Below, piece after piece: positions 34,807 to 44,969 of a stretch of 64,000 nucleotides of DNA. Source of the stretch: an uncultured Thermoplasmata archaeon (lineage in GTDB: Archaea > Thermoplasmatota > Thermoplasmata > Lutacidiplasmatales > UBA184); the NCBI GenBank assembly GCA_963749235.1, contig CAVVLV010000001.1, positions 28,920-92,919 of the forward strand, written 5' to 3'. The notes under the pieces are model-generated. The model was not told where the DNA came from. It made no database searches and was given only the letters and a program-made list of their open reading frames with translations. Position 1 is the first letter of the stretch. Each line of letters starts with the position of its first letter. The position numbers and the translations under genes are program-made.

Positions 34807-35856
34807 TTACGGGGGTACACCCGCACGGGGCGCCGAGCTCCCGAAACGCCGAAGGCGTTCGCCGGCCCATCCCCGCAATCCGCCGGGTCCGGCGGCCCGC
34901 AGCGTGTGCACGTAGCTGGTCCCGAATACGGCGACGGCCCACACCGGCCAGAGGAGGTAGTTGAGGTGGTCGAGCACGCCGAGACCCAGCACCGATCCGG
35001 CGCCCTTGCTACAATCGCCGGGCTGGATCAGGATCGCGTGACACCAGACGTTCTGAGGGGAAAAGTAGGCGAAGGGAGCGAGGATCGCGGCCGTGATCAC
35101 GACGGCCAGCGCCGCGTCCCGCCAGCGTCGATGGTACAGATGCAGGGCCACCACGACCACGTTGGCGAACTGTTTCAGCCCGAGCGAGACGACTTCTGCG
35201 ACCCGGGAAGAACGACCGTCCAGTGTGACGTATGCCAGGATGAGCGTCAGGAACGGGACAAAATCGTTGAACCCGTTCGCGGCCATCAGGCCGACCCACG
35301 ATCCGCCCCACAGGACCACCGAGGCGCCTCGGCGGCGGAGGAGGTACACGCCGGCGATCCAGGCCCCGAGTGCGGTCCACTTGTAGCTGATCCCGGGGAT
35401 CGCGGCGAACGCGAGTCCGGGAAGGTAGACATTGTACACATTCGATACGGTGTAGGCGGTGCCGTACTGATCGTAGGTGACCGAGACCGACGTCCCGTAG
35501 AGATTGGGCCAGACCTGCGCGAACACCGGCGTTACGAACGGTTCGTCGGTGAGCCCGTTGTGCCAGCCTGTGATCACGGACGCGACGGCCACGACGACGG
35601 CAATGCCGACCCAGCTGGCGAGGAAGGCGTGGTCCCGCACGAGGCCCCACTCATACGCCACGACGAACGTGGCCAAGAGGAGCAGAACGATCAGGAGCTC
35701 GGCCGATAGAGTGGGAAGGAGGAACGAGAGCACGGCCAGGGTCCCGAGCACATTGGCCCCGACCAGCCCGACGATCCGGACCCAACGAATTCCGGCGGGT
35801 TCGGTGAGGGCCGGGGGGCCGCGAGGTTCGCGGACACTCGGACTCCCCTCCTGCAT
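34807..35856 (-). CDS. Polytopic membrane protein, putative GT-C (GT87-like) glycosyltransferase
   Basis: About 10 TMs; NGLTDE, NGFND, LGLKQFANV; paralogous to 41005..42426. Confidence 0.55.
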   Translation of the reverse strand: MQEGSPSVREPRGPPALTEPAGIRWVRIVGLVGANVLGTLAVLSFLLPTLSAELLIVLLLLATFVVAYEWGLVRDHAFLASWVGIAVVVAVASVITGWHNGLTDEPFVTPVFAQVWPNLYGTSVSVTYDQYGTAYTVSNVYNVYLPGLAFAAIPGISYKWTALGAWIAGVYLLRRRGASVVLWGGSWVGLMAANGFNDFVPFLTLILAYVTLDGRSSRVAEVVSLGLKQFANVVVVALHLYHRRWRDAALAVVITAAILAPFAYFSPQNVWCHAILIQPGDCSKGAGSVLGLGVLDHLNYLLWPVWAVAVFGTSYVHTLRAAGPGGLRGWAGERLRRFGSSAPRAGVPP

Positions 35857-35873
35857 CGGCCCCCTACTGTCGA

Positions 35874-36773
35874 TCAAGCGTGGGACGTGGTGGAAGAAGG
35901 ACGCGGAGTTCGATGGCGGGGCCGATCCGCTGGAGGGAGTGCGGCTGGAACGGGCGTCGACGGAGCCGGAACGATCGCGGGCGCCGGGATGGGGGTCCCT
36001 TCGGGTGGGGTGGCGTGACGCACTCGTTCCGCGGCTTGCGCACAGTCCTCGGGGGACGAGTCGATGTGCAGGTAGTGTCGGGCCAATCGACGGGCGACCG
36101 CAGCGACCGTTCCGGTCCCTCCGAACATGTCCAGCACGACGTTCTCCCGGTAGCTGTAGAACTTCACGATCCGTTCGATGAGCTCCTCCGGGAACGGTGC
36201 CGGATGCCCGTGACGCTTCCGTTCCGGTGGAATGTGCCAGAATCCGTCCGAGAACGTCTCGAATTCCTGGGCCGTGATATCGGCCAAGTCCGGGTTCCCG
36301 GGAAGTTTCCACTGCCCCTTCGAGAAGACGAGGACGTACTCCCAGGAAGGGATGATGTGCGGATTGGACGGGCTCCGCCAGCTGCCCCACGCTGTCCGCC
36401 GGCCCATGGTCTGCTTGTACCAGATGATCTCGGTGCGCATGATGTAACCCAGGTCGCGGAGGTCGCGGGAGAGGTCGTGGTGGATCGGCCGGAAGTCCTT
36501 GATCGAGGTCGGCGCGACGTTCAGGACGAACCGGCCTCCCGGCACCAAGACCCGGTAAAGGGCCCGCCATACTTCCTTCAGCCACTGCAGATACGCCTCG
36601 GGCGGCAGGTCGTCCTCGTACCCACGATAGGCGATGCGCACGTTGTAGGGGGGACTCGTGACGGCGAGATGGACGGATTCCGGAGGTAGGGACTCCAGAA
36701 CGACCCGGGCGTCGCCAAGAACGATCCGGTCGCGCCAGTCCGGCGCCCTCGGCCGGCGTCGCCCTCCCGCCAT
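35874..36773 (-). CDS. Orphan beta-class DNA amino-methyltransferase (N4-C/N6-A)
   Basis: Motif IV TSPPY before motif I VLDMFGGTGT; HPAPFPEEL. Confidence 0.9.
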   Translation of the reverse strand: MAGGRRRPRAPDWRDRIVLGDARVVLESLPPESVHLAVTSPPYNVRIAYRGYEDDLPPEAYLQWLKEVWRALYRVLVPGGRFVLNVAPTSIKDFRPIHHDLSRDLRDLGYIMRTEIIWYKQTMGRRTAWGSWRSPSNPHIIPSWEYVLVFSKGQWKLPGNPDLADITAQEFETFSDGFWHIPPERKRHGHPAPFPEELIERIVKFYSYRENVVLDMFGGTGTVAAVARRLARHYLHIDSSPEDCAQAAERVRHATPPEGTPIPAPAIVPAPSTPVPAALPPADRPRHRTPRPSSTTSHA

Positions 36774-36822
36774 CCGAGGCGGGGACCGTCCTGCCCCTGA
36801 TGAGGATATCTCCGAACCGATC

Positions 36823-38037
36823 TCAGGACGCGGCGACTCCGCCTGCCAGGCACTCTTCCGCGATGCGATCGCCGATGGCGAACGAGGCGGTGGCCGCCGG
36901 GCTGGGGGCGTTCAACACATGGAGCGCGGCCGGCCCGTGGGTCAGCACAAAATCCTCGACCAGGGAGCCGTCGCGACGCATCGCCTGCGCCCGGATCCCA
37001 CTCCGCCGGGCTCCCAGGTTTTCCGGCCCGGCCTCCGGCCAGAGCCGACGGATCGCCGAGAGGAACTCCGTGGGGCTCCACGAGCGGAGCCATTCCCGAG
37101 CGGCCATGCCGGGGTAGCGACGCAGCAGGCTCCAGACCCCGGGGAACTCGGCCAGGCGGGCCAATTCACTCGCGTCGAACGCGCCCGGGCGGTAACCCTC
37201 CCGGGCCAGGGCGATGGCCGCGTTGGGTCCGGCGAGGAGTTGGCCCGAGACCGTGGGGGTGAGGTGAACGCCGACGAACGGAACTCGGGGATCCGGGACC
37301 GGGTAGACGAGCATGCGGACCCGTTCGCGAGGAGTTCCCTCGAGTTCGAAAAAGTCCCCTCGGAAGGGCACGATCGAGACCGACGGCTCGACGCCAAGGC
37401 AGCGAGCCACCAGGTCGGCCCGAAGGCCGGCGCAATTGACCACGAACTGCGCGCCGACGAGACCGGCGGAGGTCTCGAGTCTCCAGCCGCCTTCCTCGCG
37501 ACGGGCGCCCGTGACTTCGTGAGCTCGAAGTAGCGCGACGGAATCCTTCTCCAAACGGCGTGCGAGGCGGTCGACGACGGCCGGGTACTCCACGATCGCG
37601 GTGGTCGGAACCAGGACCGCTCCCGTTCCGGCGACGCCCGGCGCAGTGTCGTTCAATCCTTCCCGGTCCAGACGCGACACCCCCGGCACTCCGTTGACCC
37701 GAGCTCGTTCGAGAAGGTCCACAAGGGCGGGTTCCTCGGAAGTGCGACTCGCCACGATGAGCTTCCCGACCGGGAGCGTCGGGATCCCCTCGGTACGGCA
37801 GAATTCGAGGAGCTGACGACGGCCTTCCAAGGTCAATCCGGCCTTGAGCGAGCCCTCCGCGTAGAAGATCCCGGAGTGGATCACACCGCTGTTGTGGCCG
37901 GTTTGATGCACGCCCAGGTCGGATTCCATCTCGACCACGGCGATCTCGGCCGAGGGTCTCCTCCGCCGCAACGAGCGAGCCGCCGCCAGACCCACGATCC
38001 CGCCGCCGATGATCACAAGGTCGTACCGGTCGACCAC
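36823..38037 (-). CDS. lhgO: L-2-hydroxyglutarate oxidase-like FAD oxidoreductase
   Basis: IIGGGIVG, HQTGHNSGVIHSGIFY, YPVPDPRVPFVGVHLT, HVLNAPSPAATAS. Confidence 0.9.
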   Translation of the reverse strand: MVDRYDLVIIGGGIVGLAAARSLRRRRPSAEIAVVEMESDLGVHQTGHNSGVIHSGIFYAEGSLKAGLTLEGRRQLLEFCRTEGIPTLPVGKLIVASRTSEEPALVDLLERARVNGVPGVSRLDREGLNDTAPGVAGTGAVLVPTTAIVEYPAVVDRLARRLEKDSVALLRAHEVTGARREEGGWRLETSAGLVGAQFVVNCAGLRADLVARCLGVEPSVSIVPFRGDFFELEGTPRERVRMLVYPVPDPRVPFVGVHLTPTVSGQLLAGPNAAIALAREGYRPGAFDASELARLAEFPGVWSLLRRYPGMAAREWLRSWSPTEFLSAIRRLWPEAGPENLGARRSGIRAQAMRRDGSLVEDFVLTHGPAALHVLNAPSPAATASFAIGDRIAEECLAGGVAAS

Positions 38038-38135
38038 AGGAGCCCAAAGGGTGACGGCCCCTAGCACGGGGTGTCATCCTTCCGACGCTAAGCACCAACC
38101 GTATAATCTCGTTCGGCACGACGGTACCGATTCTC

Positions 38136-39276
38136 ATGGTCGTGCGTGTCGCCGTGCTTCGGGAGGTCGCTGCGGGGGAGACGCGGGTCGCGCTCACGCC
38201 CGAGGTCATCCCGCGCATGCGCAAGTCGGGGATCGAGGTCGTCGTCGAAACCGGCGCCGGAACGGCCGCCGGATATCCGGATGCGGGGTACGTCCAGGCC
38301 GGCGCCCAGATCATGAACGACCGGGCCGCGACCGTGAGTGGTGCGGCCGTAGTCGTAAAGCTCCAACCTCCCACCGTCGAGGAAACGGATGCGATGGCTT
38401 CGGGGACGATCGTCATCGCGGTCATGAACCCCGGTCGCAACCTCGACCGCGTCGCCCGGATGCGGGACCGAAAACTGACCTCCTTTGCGCTCGAACTGCT
38501 GCCGCGGATCACGCGGGCCCAGAGCATGGACGTCCTCTCTTCGCAGGCGACGGTCGCCGGCTATCGGGCCACGCTCGTGGGCGCCGGCCTCTGCCCCAAG
38601 TTCATGCCGATGCTCACGACGGCCGCCGGCACGATTCGCCCCGCCAAGGTCCTCATTCTCGGGGCCGGGGTCGCGGGCCTGATGGCCATCGCGACCGCGC
38701 GCCGACTGGGCGCGCTGGTCGAGGCCTACGACGTGCGTCGCGCCGCCGGCGAGCAGGTCCGTAGCCTGGGGGCGAAGTTCCTGGAGCTCCAGATCAACGC
38801 CGAGGGCGTCGGCGGGTACGCCCGCGAACTCACGGAGGACGAGAAGAGGCAGGAGGCGGAGATGGTCTCCAAGGCGGTCGCCGAGGCGGACGTCGTCATC
38901 ACGACCGCCAACGTCCCCGGTCGGCGCGCTCCCCTGCTCGTCCGAAAGGAGATGGTCGGGCGGATGCATCGCCGGGGCCGTCATCGTCGATCTTGCGGCC
39001 GAATCCGGGGGCAACTGCGAGCTCACCCAACCCGGAAAGGAGATCGAGTTCCAGGGGGTCCACATCACCGGTCCGCTCAACCTGCCTGCCCAGCTCCCCT
39101 TCCACGCGAGCCAGATGTTCGCGAAGAACCTGGAGGCATTCCTGAAGCTCCTCGTTACCCCCGAGGGGGCGCTCGTCACGGACTTCAAGGACGAGATCCT
39201 GGCCGCGAGCCTCCTCACGTTCCAAGGGGCGGTCAACCACGCCCCGACGCGGGACGCGCTCGCAGGTGCGAAGTGA
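38136..39276 (+). CDS. pntA: NAD(P) transhydrogenase alpha subunit part 1 (domain I); indel near 38970
   Basis: ETRVALTP, PRITRAQSMDVLSSQA, GAGVAGL; after the frame change VIVDLAAESGGNCE..HASQMFAKN; stop 39274-39276. Confidence 0.92.
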
Positions 39277-39280
39277 CGGC

Positions 39281-39583
39281 ATGACCGCGGACCTCTGGAC
39301 GGCCCTGTTCATCGGCATCCTCGCTGCGTTCGTCGGATACGAGGTCATCAGCCGGGTCCCGGTGCTCCTACACACCCCGTTGATGTCGGGGTCGAACTTC
39401 ATCCACGGGATCGTCCTCGTCGGCGCGATCGTGGCCCTCGGCATCGCCACCACGCCCCTCGAGGAAGCGATCGGCCTGGTCGCGGTGATCATGGGCGCGA
39501 TGAACGTCACGGGCGGCTACGTCGTGACGGAACGGATCCTCGCGATGTTCGACCGCTCCAAGAAGAAGGGAGGGACTCCGTGA
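39281..39583 (+). CDS. pntA: NAD(P) transhydrogenase alpha subunit part 2 (membrane)
   Basis: LHTPLMSGSNFIHG, NVTGGYVVTERILAMF. Confidence 0.92.
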   Translation: MTADLWTALFIGILAAFVGYEVISRVPVLLHTPLMSGSNFIHGIVLVGAIVALGIATTPLEEAIGLVAVIMGAMNVTGGYVVTERILAMFDRSKKKGGTP

Positions 39584-40971
39584 TCGCCTGGCAGGAGCCC
39601 CTCGTCGACGGCGTCTACGTCATTGCGGTCATCACGTTCATTCTCGGCCTCAAGGCGATGAGCTCGCCCGCCACCGCCCGGCAGGGGATCGTGCAGGCGG
39701 GCATCGCGATGTTGATCGCGGTCGCTGTCACGATCGTCGAACCCGGCCTCTCGAACTTCGCGCTCATCGCACTCGGGGTCCTGGTCGGTGGACTCGCCGG
39801 TTGGTACTGGGCGCGCGTGGTCAAGATGACCGCGATGCCCCAGATGGTGGCGATCTTCAACGGAATGGGAGGAGGGGCGGCGGCCGCCATCGCGGCGGTC
39901 GTCCTGCTCGGAAACCTCTCCGATCACACGATCTCGGGCCTCGCGCTCGCTGGCGCGGTCATCGGTGCCGTCTCGATCGCCGGCAGCATGATCGCCTTCC
40001 TGAAACTTCAGGGATGGCTGCGGTCGAAGGCGATCGTCTACCCGGCCCAGCAGCCGACGAACATCGCCGTGCTCGTCCTCGGGGTCGGGTTCGGCGTCTA
40101 CGCGGTCGTGAGCGGCCTTGCGTTCTGGCTCCTTCCGTTCTACGTCTTCCTGCTCCTGTTCGGGATCCTCATGGCCCTCCCGATCGGCGGCGCGGACATG
40201 CCTGTCGTCATCAGCCTCTTCAACGCGCTGACGGGCATCGCGGTCGCGTTGGATGGATTCGCGCTCGTGAACGGCCCGCTCGGCGATGCCGGCTATGCCA
40301 TGGTGATCGCGGGAACCCTGGTCGGGGCCGCGGGTTCGCTCCTGACCCTCCTCATGGCCAAGGCGATGAACCGGAGCGTGGGGAACGTTCTCTTCGGGGC
40401 CTTTGGTGCGGTCGAGGAAACCGGCACCACCATGAAGGGCTCGATGAAACCCATCGAGGTCAACGACGTCGCTGCTCTGATGGCGTACGCGAACTCGGTC
40501 ATCATCGCGCCCGGTTACGGAATGGCGGTGGCCCAGGCCCAGCAAAAGGTGAAGGAGCTCGCCGATGTCCTCGAGTCGAAGGGCGTCTCGGTCAAGTTCG
40601 CGATCCACCCGGTCGCGGGCCGGATGCCGGGCCACATGAACGTCCTCCTCGCAGAGGCGGGGATCTCCTACGACAAGTTGTTCGACCGCGACGAGATCAA
40701 CCCGGAGTTCCCGACGACCGACGTCGTGCTGGTCATCGGGGCGAACGACGTCGTCAACCCCGCCGCGCACCGCCAGGGGAGCCCGCTCCAGGGCATGCCG
40801 ATCCTCGATGTCGAGGGCGCCCACAACGTGATCGTGATCAAGCGCGGCCAGGGGAAGGGGTTCGCGGGCATCGAGAACGACCTGTTCTACCGGGACAACA
40901 CACGAATGCTCTACGGCGACGCCCAAGCGGTCGTCGGCCAGCTCGTCTCGGCGATCAAGAGACTGGACTAG
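39580..40971 (+). CDS. pntB: NAD(P) transhydrogenase beta subunit
   Basis: MPQMVAIFNGMGG, IGGADMPVVIS, PGYGMAVAQAQ, HPVAGRMPGHMNVLLAE, GANDVVNP. Confidence 0.96.
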   Translation: MIAWQEPLVDGVYVIAVITFILGLKAMSSPATARQGIVQAGIAMLIAVAVTIVEPGLSNFALIALGVLVGGLAGWYWARVVKMTAMPQMVAIFNGMGGGAAAAIAAVVLLGNLSDHTISGLALAGAVIGAVSIAGSMIAFLKLQGWLRSKAIVYPAQQPTNIAVLVLGVGFGVYAVVSGLAFWLLPFYVFLLLFGILMALPIGGADMPVVISLFNALTGIAVALDGFALVNGPLGDAGYAMVIAGTLVGAAGSLLTLLMAKAMNRSVGNVLFGAFGAVEETGTTMKGSMKPIEVNDVAALMAYANSVIIAPGYGMAVAQAQQKVKELADVLESKGVSVKFAIHPVAGRMPGHMNVLLAEAGISYDKLFDRDEINPEFPTTDVVLVIGANDVVNPAAHRQGSPLQGMPILDVEGAHNVIVIKRGQGKGFAGIENDLFYRDNTRMLYGDAQAVVGQLVSAIKRLD

Positions 40972-41004
40972 GCGGAGGTCCGCCCTCCCGGGCGGCCGCG
41001 CGCT

Positions 41005-42426
41005 TTACGTCGCTGCCCCGCGCGCCGGCGCACGGAAATTCCACCGAAGGTTGGCCGCGTACCCAAGACCACTCCCGACCAGGATTCCGATGAGCTGGCT
41101 GTCGAGCGGGGAACCGCCCAGATCGACCGCGATAGCGAGAACGAGAAGGTTCACCGCGAGCACGCCGGCCTGGATCGTTCCGTAGACGGCCAGGTGGTAA
41201 GCCGTGGAACGGTCGCCCCGTCCCGCGAACGCCCAGGCCCGGTTCCAGCTGAAGTTCCAGCCCATGGCGACCACGAAGGCCCCCGCGCTGGCCAGCAGGT
41301 AGGAGCCCGCCACATCGCCCAGGCGGAAGTCGATGAGCGTGAACACGCAGAGGTTCACGAACACGCCCGAAACGCCGACGACCAGGAACGCCGGGATCCG
41401 AAGGAGGTCCTCAAAGGTGAGGCGGAATCGACGGAGCCACCGCGCGATGACCCCACCGGACGCCCGCCGTTGGACGGCCTGGATGAAGGGGACGTAGAAC
41501 AGGGCGAGCGCCCAGACGACCCATACGGAGTAATCGAACTGAAGGCCGAAGGCCCCGCTCCTCGAGCAGGCCGGGAGGGCCGCTCCGATCGCGATGGGGC
41601 AGAGGACCGCCGAGCCACTCCAAAGGAGGAAGGGGGCGAGGAACGCGAGGCTGATCCCGAGCGTGACGGCCGTCTTTCGCCAATCCCGGTGGATCACGTA
41701 GTACGCGACCACGAACACGTTCGCGAACTGCTTGCAGCCGAGCGCGAGCCACTCGGCCCACTTCTGGCGACGGCCCTCGAAGCCGAGGAAGCCGAGCGTC
41801 AGGAGGAGGAGGACGACCAGGTCGTCGAACCCGCTCGCGGCGACGATCACCATGTACGGCTGGGCCAGCATGACGCCCGCATCGAAGCGTCGCCGGGCGA
41901 GGAAGGCCATCCCGGCCCAGCACGCGAGCGCGAACCACTTGTAGCTCAGGCCCGGGACCTGCAGGAACATCAAGAGGGGGAGATTGGAGAAGGTCGACTG
42001 GGAGGTGAACGTCGTCCCATACTGCTGGTACGAGAAGGAGAGAAGGACCACGTAGGGGTCGTGGTGGGCGAACAGGAGGGTCACGTAGCGGGGGGTCGTG
42101 TACGCCTGGTCCGTGAGCCCGTTCGCCGCCCCCGTGAGGATCGAGACGACCCCGAACCCGACCCCGGCGAGCAGCAGGAAGGAGACGAATTCCCCGCTAC
42201 GCTCGACCCGGAGTCGGCGGACCGCGACCGGGAACATCAGGGCGAACGCCCCGAGAGAGATCCCGCCGACCTCTTCGAAGGCGGTAGGATAGAGCCAGAG
42301 CGCCGTGACGACGGCGAGGGCTGGCAGGGCCCCGGCGGCCCACGCCGCACCGTAGCGCAGATATCGCTCCCCTGGCGACTGGGTCTCGGAGGACGCACGC
42401 TCCGGCATCCCACCGGAAGCCGCCAT
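41005..42426 (-). CDS. Putative GT-C membrane protein fused to a C-terminal GtrA-family domain
   Basis: N-terminal part shares NGLTD, QYGT, PG.SYKW, GF.D, KQFANV with 34807..35856. C-terminal FLVVGVSGVFVN..NFSWNRAWAF..NLRWNF is a GtrA pattern. Confidence 0.65.
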   Translation of the reverse strand: MAASGGMPERASSETQSPGERYLRYGAAWAAGALPALAVVTALWLYPTAFEEVGGISLGAFALMFPVAVRRLRVERSGEFVSFLLLAGVGFGVVSILTGAANGLTDQAYTTPRYVTLLFAHHDPYVVLLSFSYQQYGTTFTSQSTFSNLPLLMFLQVPGLSYKWFALACWAGMAFLARRRFDAGVMLAQPYMVIVAASGFDDLVVLLLLTLGFLGFEGRRQKWAEWLALGCKQFANVFVVAYYVIHRDWRKTAVTLGISLAFLAPFLLWSGSAVLCPIAIGAALPACSRSGAFGLQFDYSVWVVWALALFYVPFIQAVQRRASGGVIARWLRRFRLTFEDLLRIPAFLVVGVSGVFVNLCVFTLIDFRLGDVAGSYLLASAGAFVVAMGWNFSWNRAWAFAGRGDRSTAYHLAVYGTIQAGVLAVNLLVLAIAVDLGGSPLDSQLIGILVGSGLGYAANLRWNFRAPARGAAT

Positions 42427-42531
42427 CAGGAACCGCCCACGGAGCCGAGCGACCGAGGAGGGCCATATTAGCCGGGTCCACGGGCTCAAGGACCCGTGAA
42501 AGAATGTAGTCGAGCTCCTGTAGCGGGGGCG

Positions 42532-43849
42532 ATGCCCGCGCCTGCACCGGAGCGGACCCCGACCTCGCAGACCGCGGGCGTTCTGCCACCGACCCCGCAG
42601 GTCGTACCCACCACGCTCGTCTCTCCCCAGGGTCCGATCCGCGGCTTTCGTTCCGTTCTATCGAACCGAAAATACCTGTTGTACCAGTCGGCCGTCATCG
42701 TCGCCAGGTACCGGGTACTCGGTCTACGCCGTTTCCATCCCGTGGCTGGCCTTCCAGAACTCGGGCTCGTTCCTGGTCGTGGGCCTCGTCCTGTTCGTCG
42801 AGGTCGGGATCTACGCGCTGACCTTCCTCGTGGCCCCTCTGGTCGACCGAATGCCGGACAAGCGGGGGATCCTGTTGGTCGGCTTTCCGATCCAGGCGGT
42901 GGCGGCCCTCGTCCTGGGACTTTCCGCCTCTCGAGGCGAGTTGCACTTGCCCCTCTTGCTCGGCATCGTCGCCGTGCTCTCGGTGATCTGGGACTTCGAA
43001 TGGGCCGTGTTTCAGGTCGCGCCCCGGATCCTGCTGACGAAAGACGAGCTCTTCGCTGCGCAGGGGGTTTCGGGAGCCCTCGGCGGGGGCGCCTCCATCG
43101 GCGGATTCGCCGCCGGCGCCGGTTTCATCCTCCTTTCCGGCGTTTCGGGGAGTGCCTTCCTCTATGCGGGCCTCCTCCTCGTCGCGACCGTTCTCGCCTC
43201 CCGAGTTCCGCTGCGGGGAGTCTTGCCGACCGACCCCGGCTACTTCGCGGGGTTCTTGGAAGGTTGGGAATACCTTCGATCGGCCGAGGGACGTCCGCTC
43301 CTGCAGCTCGGGGTCCTGGACGCCGTGGTAGGATTCTTCGCGACGGCCCCGGCGCTAATGATCACCTTGTTCGCCGACCGGTCGTTCCCCGACTCGGGAC
43401 TAGCCTACGGCGTCCTGTTCACCTCCTTCGTCGTGGGAGGAGTGGCGGTGGACCTGACCCTCGGCCACTTCAACCCCCGTAAGCGGGTCGGCTTCGTCCT
43501 AGTGGGGGGCCTCGCGGTCGCCGCCGTTGCGCTCGCGTTGGCCGGCCTCGCCCCGCCCGCTCTCGTTGCAACGGCGGCGGCGTGGGCGATGGCCGGCGGT
43601 GCGCTCGGGGGGTACACTTCCGGGAAGTTCACGTTCCAATGGGGCTACGTGCCGAGCGACCGGCTCGCGCGGGTCACGGGCAACCTCTACGTGTTCCCCG
43701 GAGTTTCCGGGGCACTGGGGGCGATCGTCCTCGGCGATCTTGCGGGAGTGATCCCGGGTTCCTCTCTCCTCCTGCTCATCGCTGCGATCCTCGGTATCGC
43801 GGTTCTCTTGGCTCTGCTCCTCCCGTCGGTTCGTCGGTTCGCGTTCTGA
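42532..43849 (+). CDS. MFS transporter; indel near 42710
   Basis: About 12 TM pattern, APLVDRMPDKR loop motif; ORFs 42496.. and 42779..43849 join. Confidence 0.8.
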
Positions 43850-43976
43850 AGCAGCGACGACCCGTACGGCACGTTCGTTGCCTTCCCCTCCGTCGAAAGT
43901 GGGATAACATCGGGTCGAATCTTCTCGGGCCGTGCACGGCGATGTTCCGTCCGCCTCGGCATTGGTCCCACCGAAC

Positions 43977-44912
43977 ATGGCCGTGACCGACCCCCCTCCT
44001 CCGAAGTTGGTCGTGGAGCATGGCGTCGCGACGAGCCTCATGTGGAAGTTCCAGTTCAACCGGTCCGCGTTCGACGACCCTCGTCTCGAAGGTCGGCGTT
44101 TGTTCGCCGAAGCATTCGGAACATTCCTTCTGGTGGTCGTCGCCGCGGGCGCGGTCGTAGTGTCGGCCGTGAGTCACGGGGCCGTCGGTCGGGTCGAGGC
44201 TGTGGTTGCGCCGGGGCTGATGGTGATGGCCATCATCCTGTTCATGGGAGCCGTCGCGGGGGCCCACCTCAACCCCGTCGTGAGCATCTCCTTCGCCGCG
44301 CGGGGAGATTTCCCGTGGCGACGGGTCCCGGGGTACATCGGCGCTCAGTTGCTGGGCGCGGCGCTCGCCTGCCTGTTCCTCTGGGCGATGTTCGGCCGGG
44401 TGGGGATGATGGGCGCCACCGAACCCGGTGTCGGCATCTCGGATCTCCAGGCGATGCTCATGGAACTCCTGCTGACGCTAGGGCTCGTGAGTACGATCCT
44501 CGGCACGGCGTCCAAGGCCCAGAACGTGGGCCCGATCGCCGCCCTGGCCGTGGGCGGATACATCGCGCTCGCGGGCCTATGGGCGAGCCCGATCAGCGGG
44601 GCCTCCATGAATCCGGCGCGCTCGTTTGGACCGGACCTGGTGCTCCTCAACTTCGGCCATTTCTGGGTCTACCTGGTGGGCCCGATCCTAGGAGCATTAC
44701 TGGCGGTTCTCGTAGCTTATGTGCTTCGAGGACCCGGCGGAGACGAGCCCGCGATTCAGGCCGCTCAAGGTCGGCTCGCCGAGTTCCTCCCACTCACCCC
44801 CCGACCCGCGCAATCGAAGAGAGTGGCGGGGGGGGCCGCGCCCTCTTCGGAACCACCGGCCTCTCCCTCGGTCCCCGGAAGCTCTCGGGGGAAAGGTCCA
44901 GCGAGCGGCTAG
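43977..44912 (+). CDS. MIP-family aquaporin/aquaglyceroporin
   Basis: AEAFGTF, GAHLNPVVS (NPV), GASMNPARS. Confidence 0.93.
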   Translation: MAVTDPPPPKLVVEHGVATSLMWKFQFNRSAFDDPRLEGRRLFAEAFGTFLLVVVAAGAVVVSAVSHGAVGRVEAVVAPGLMVMAIILFMGAVAGAHLNPVVSISFAARGDFPWRRVPGYIGAQLLGAALACLFLWAMFGRVGMMGATEPGVGISDLQAMLMELLLTLGLVSTILGTASKAQNVGPIAALAVGGYIALAGLWASPISGASMNPARSFGPDLVLLNFGHFWVYLVGPILGALLAVLVAYVLRGPGGDEPAIQAAQGRLAEFLPLTPRPAQSKRVAGGAAPSSEPPASPSVPGSSRGKGPASG

Positions 44913-44969
44913 AAACGCCGGACCCCGACGGCCGCGGGCCGGGGTTATCTGGACGACGTGTGTGGTCGG

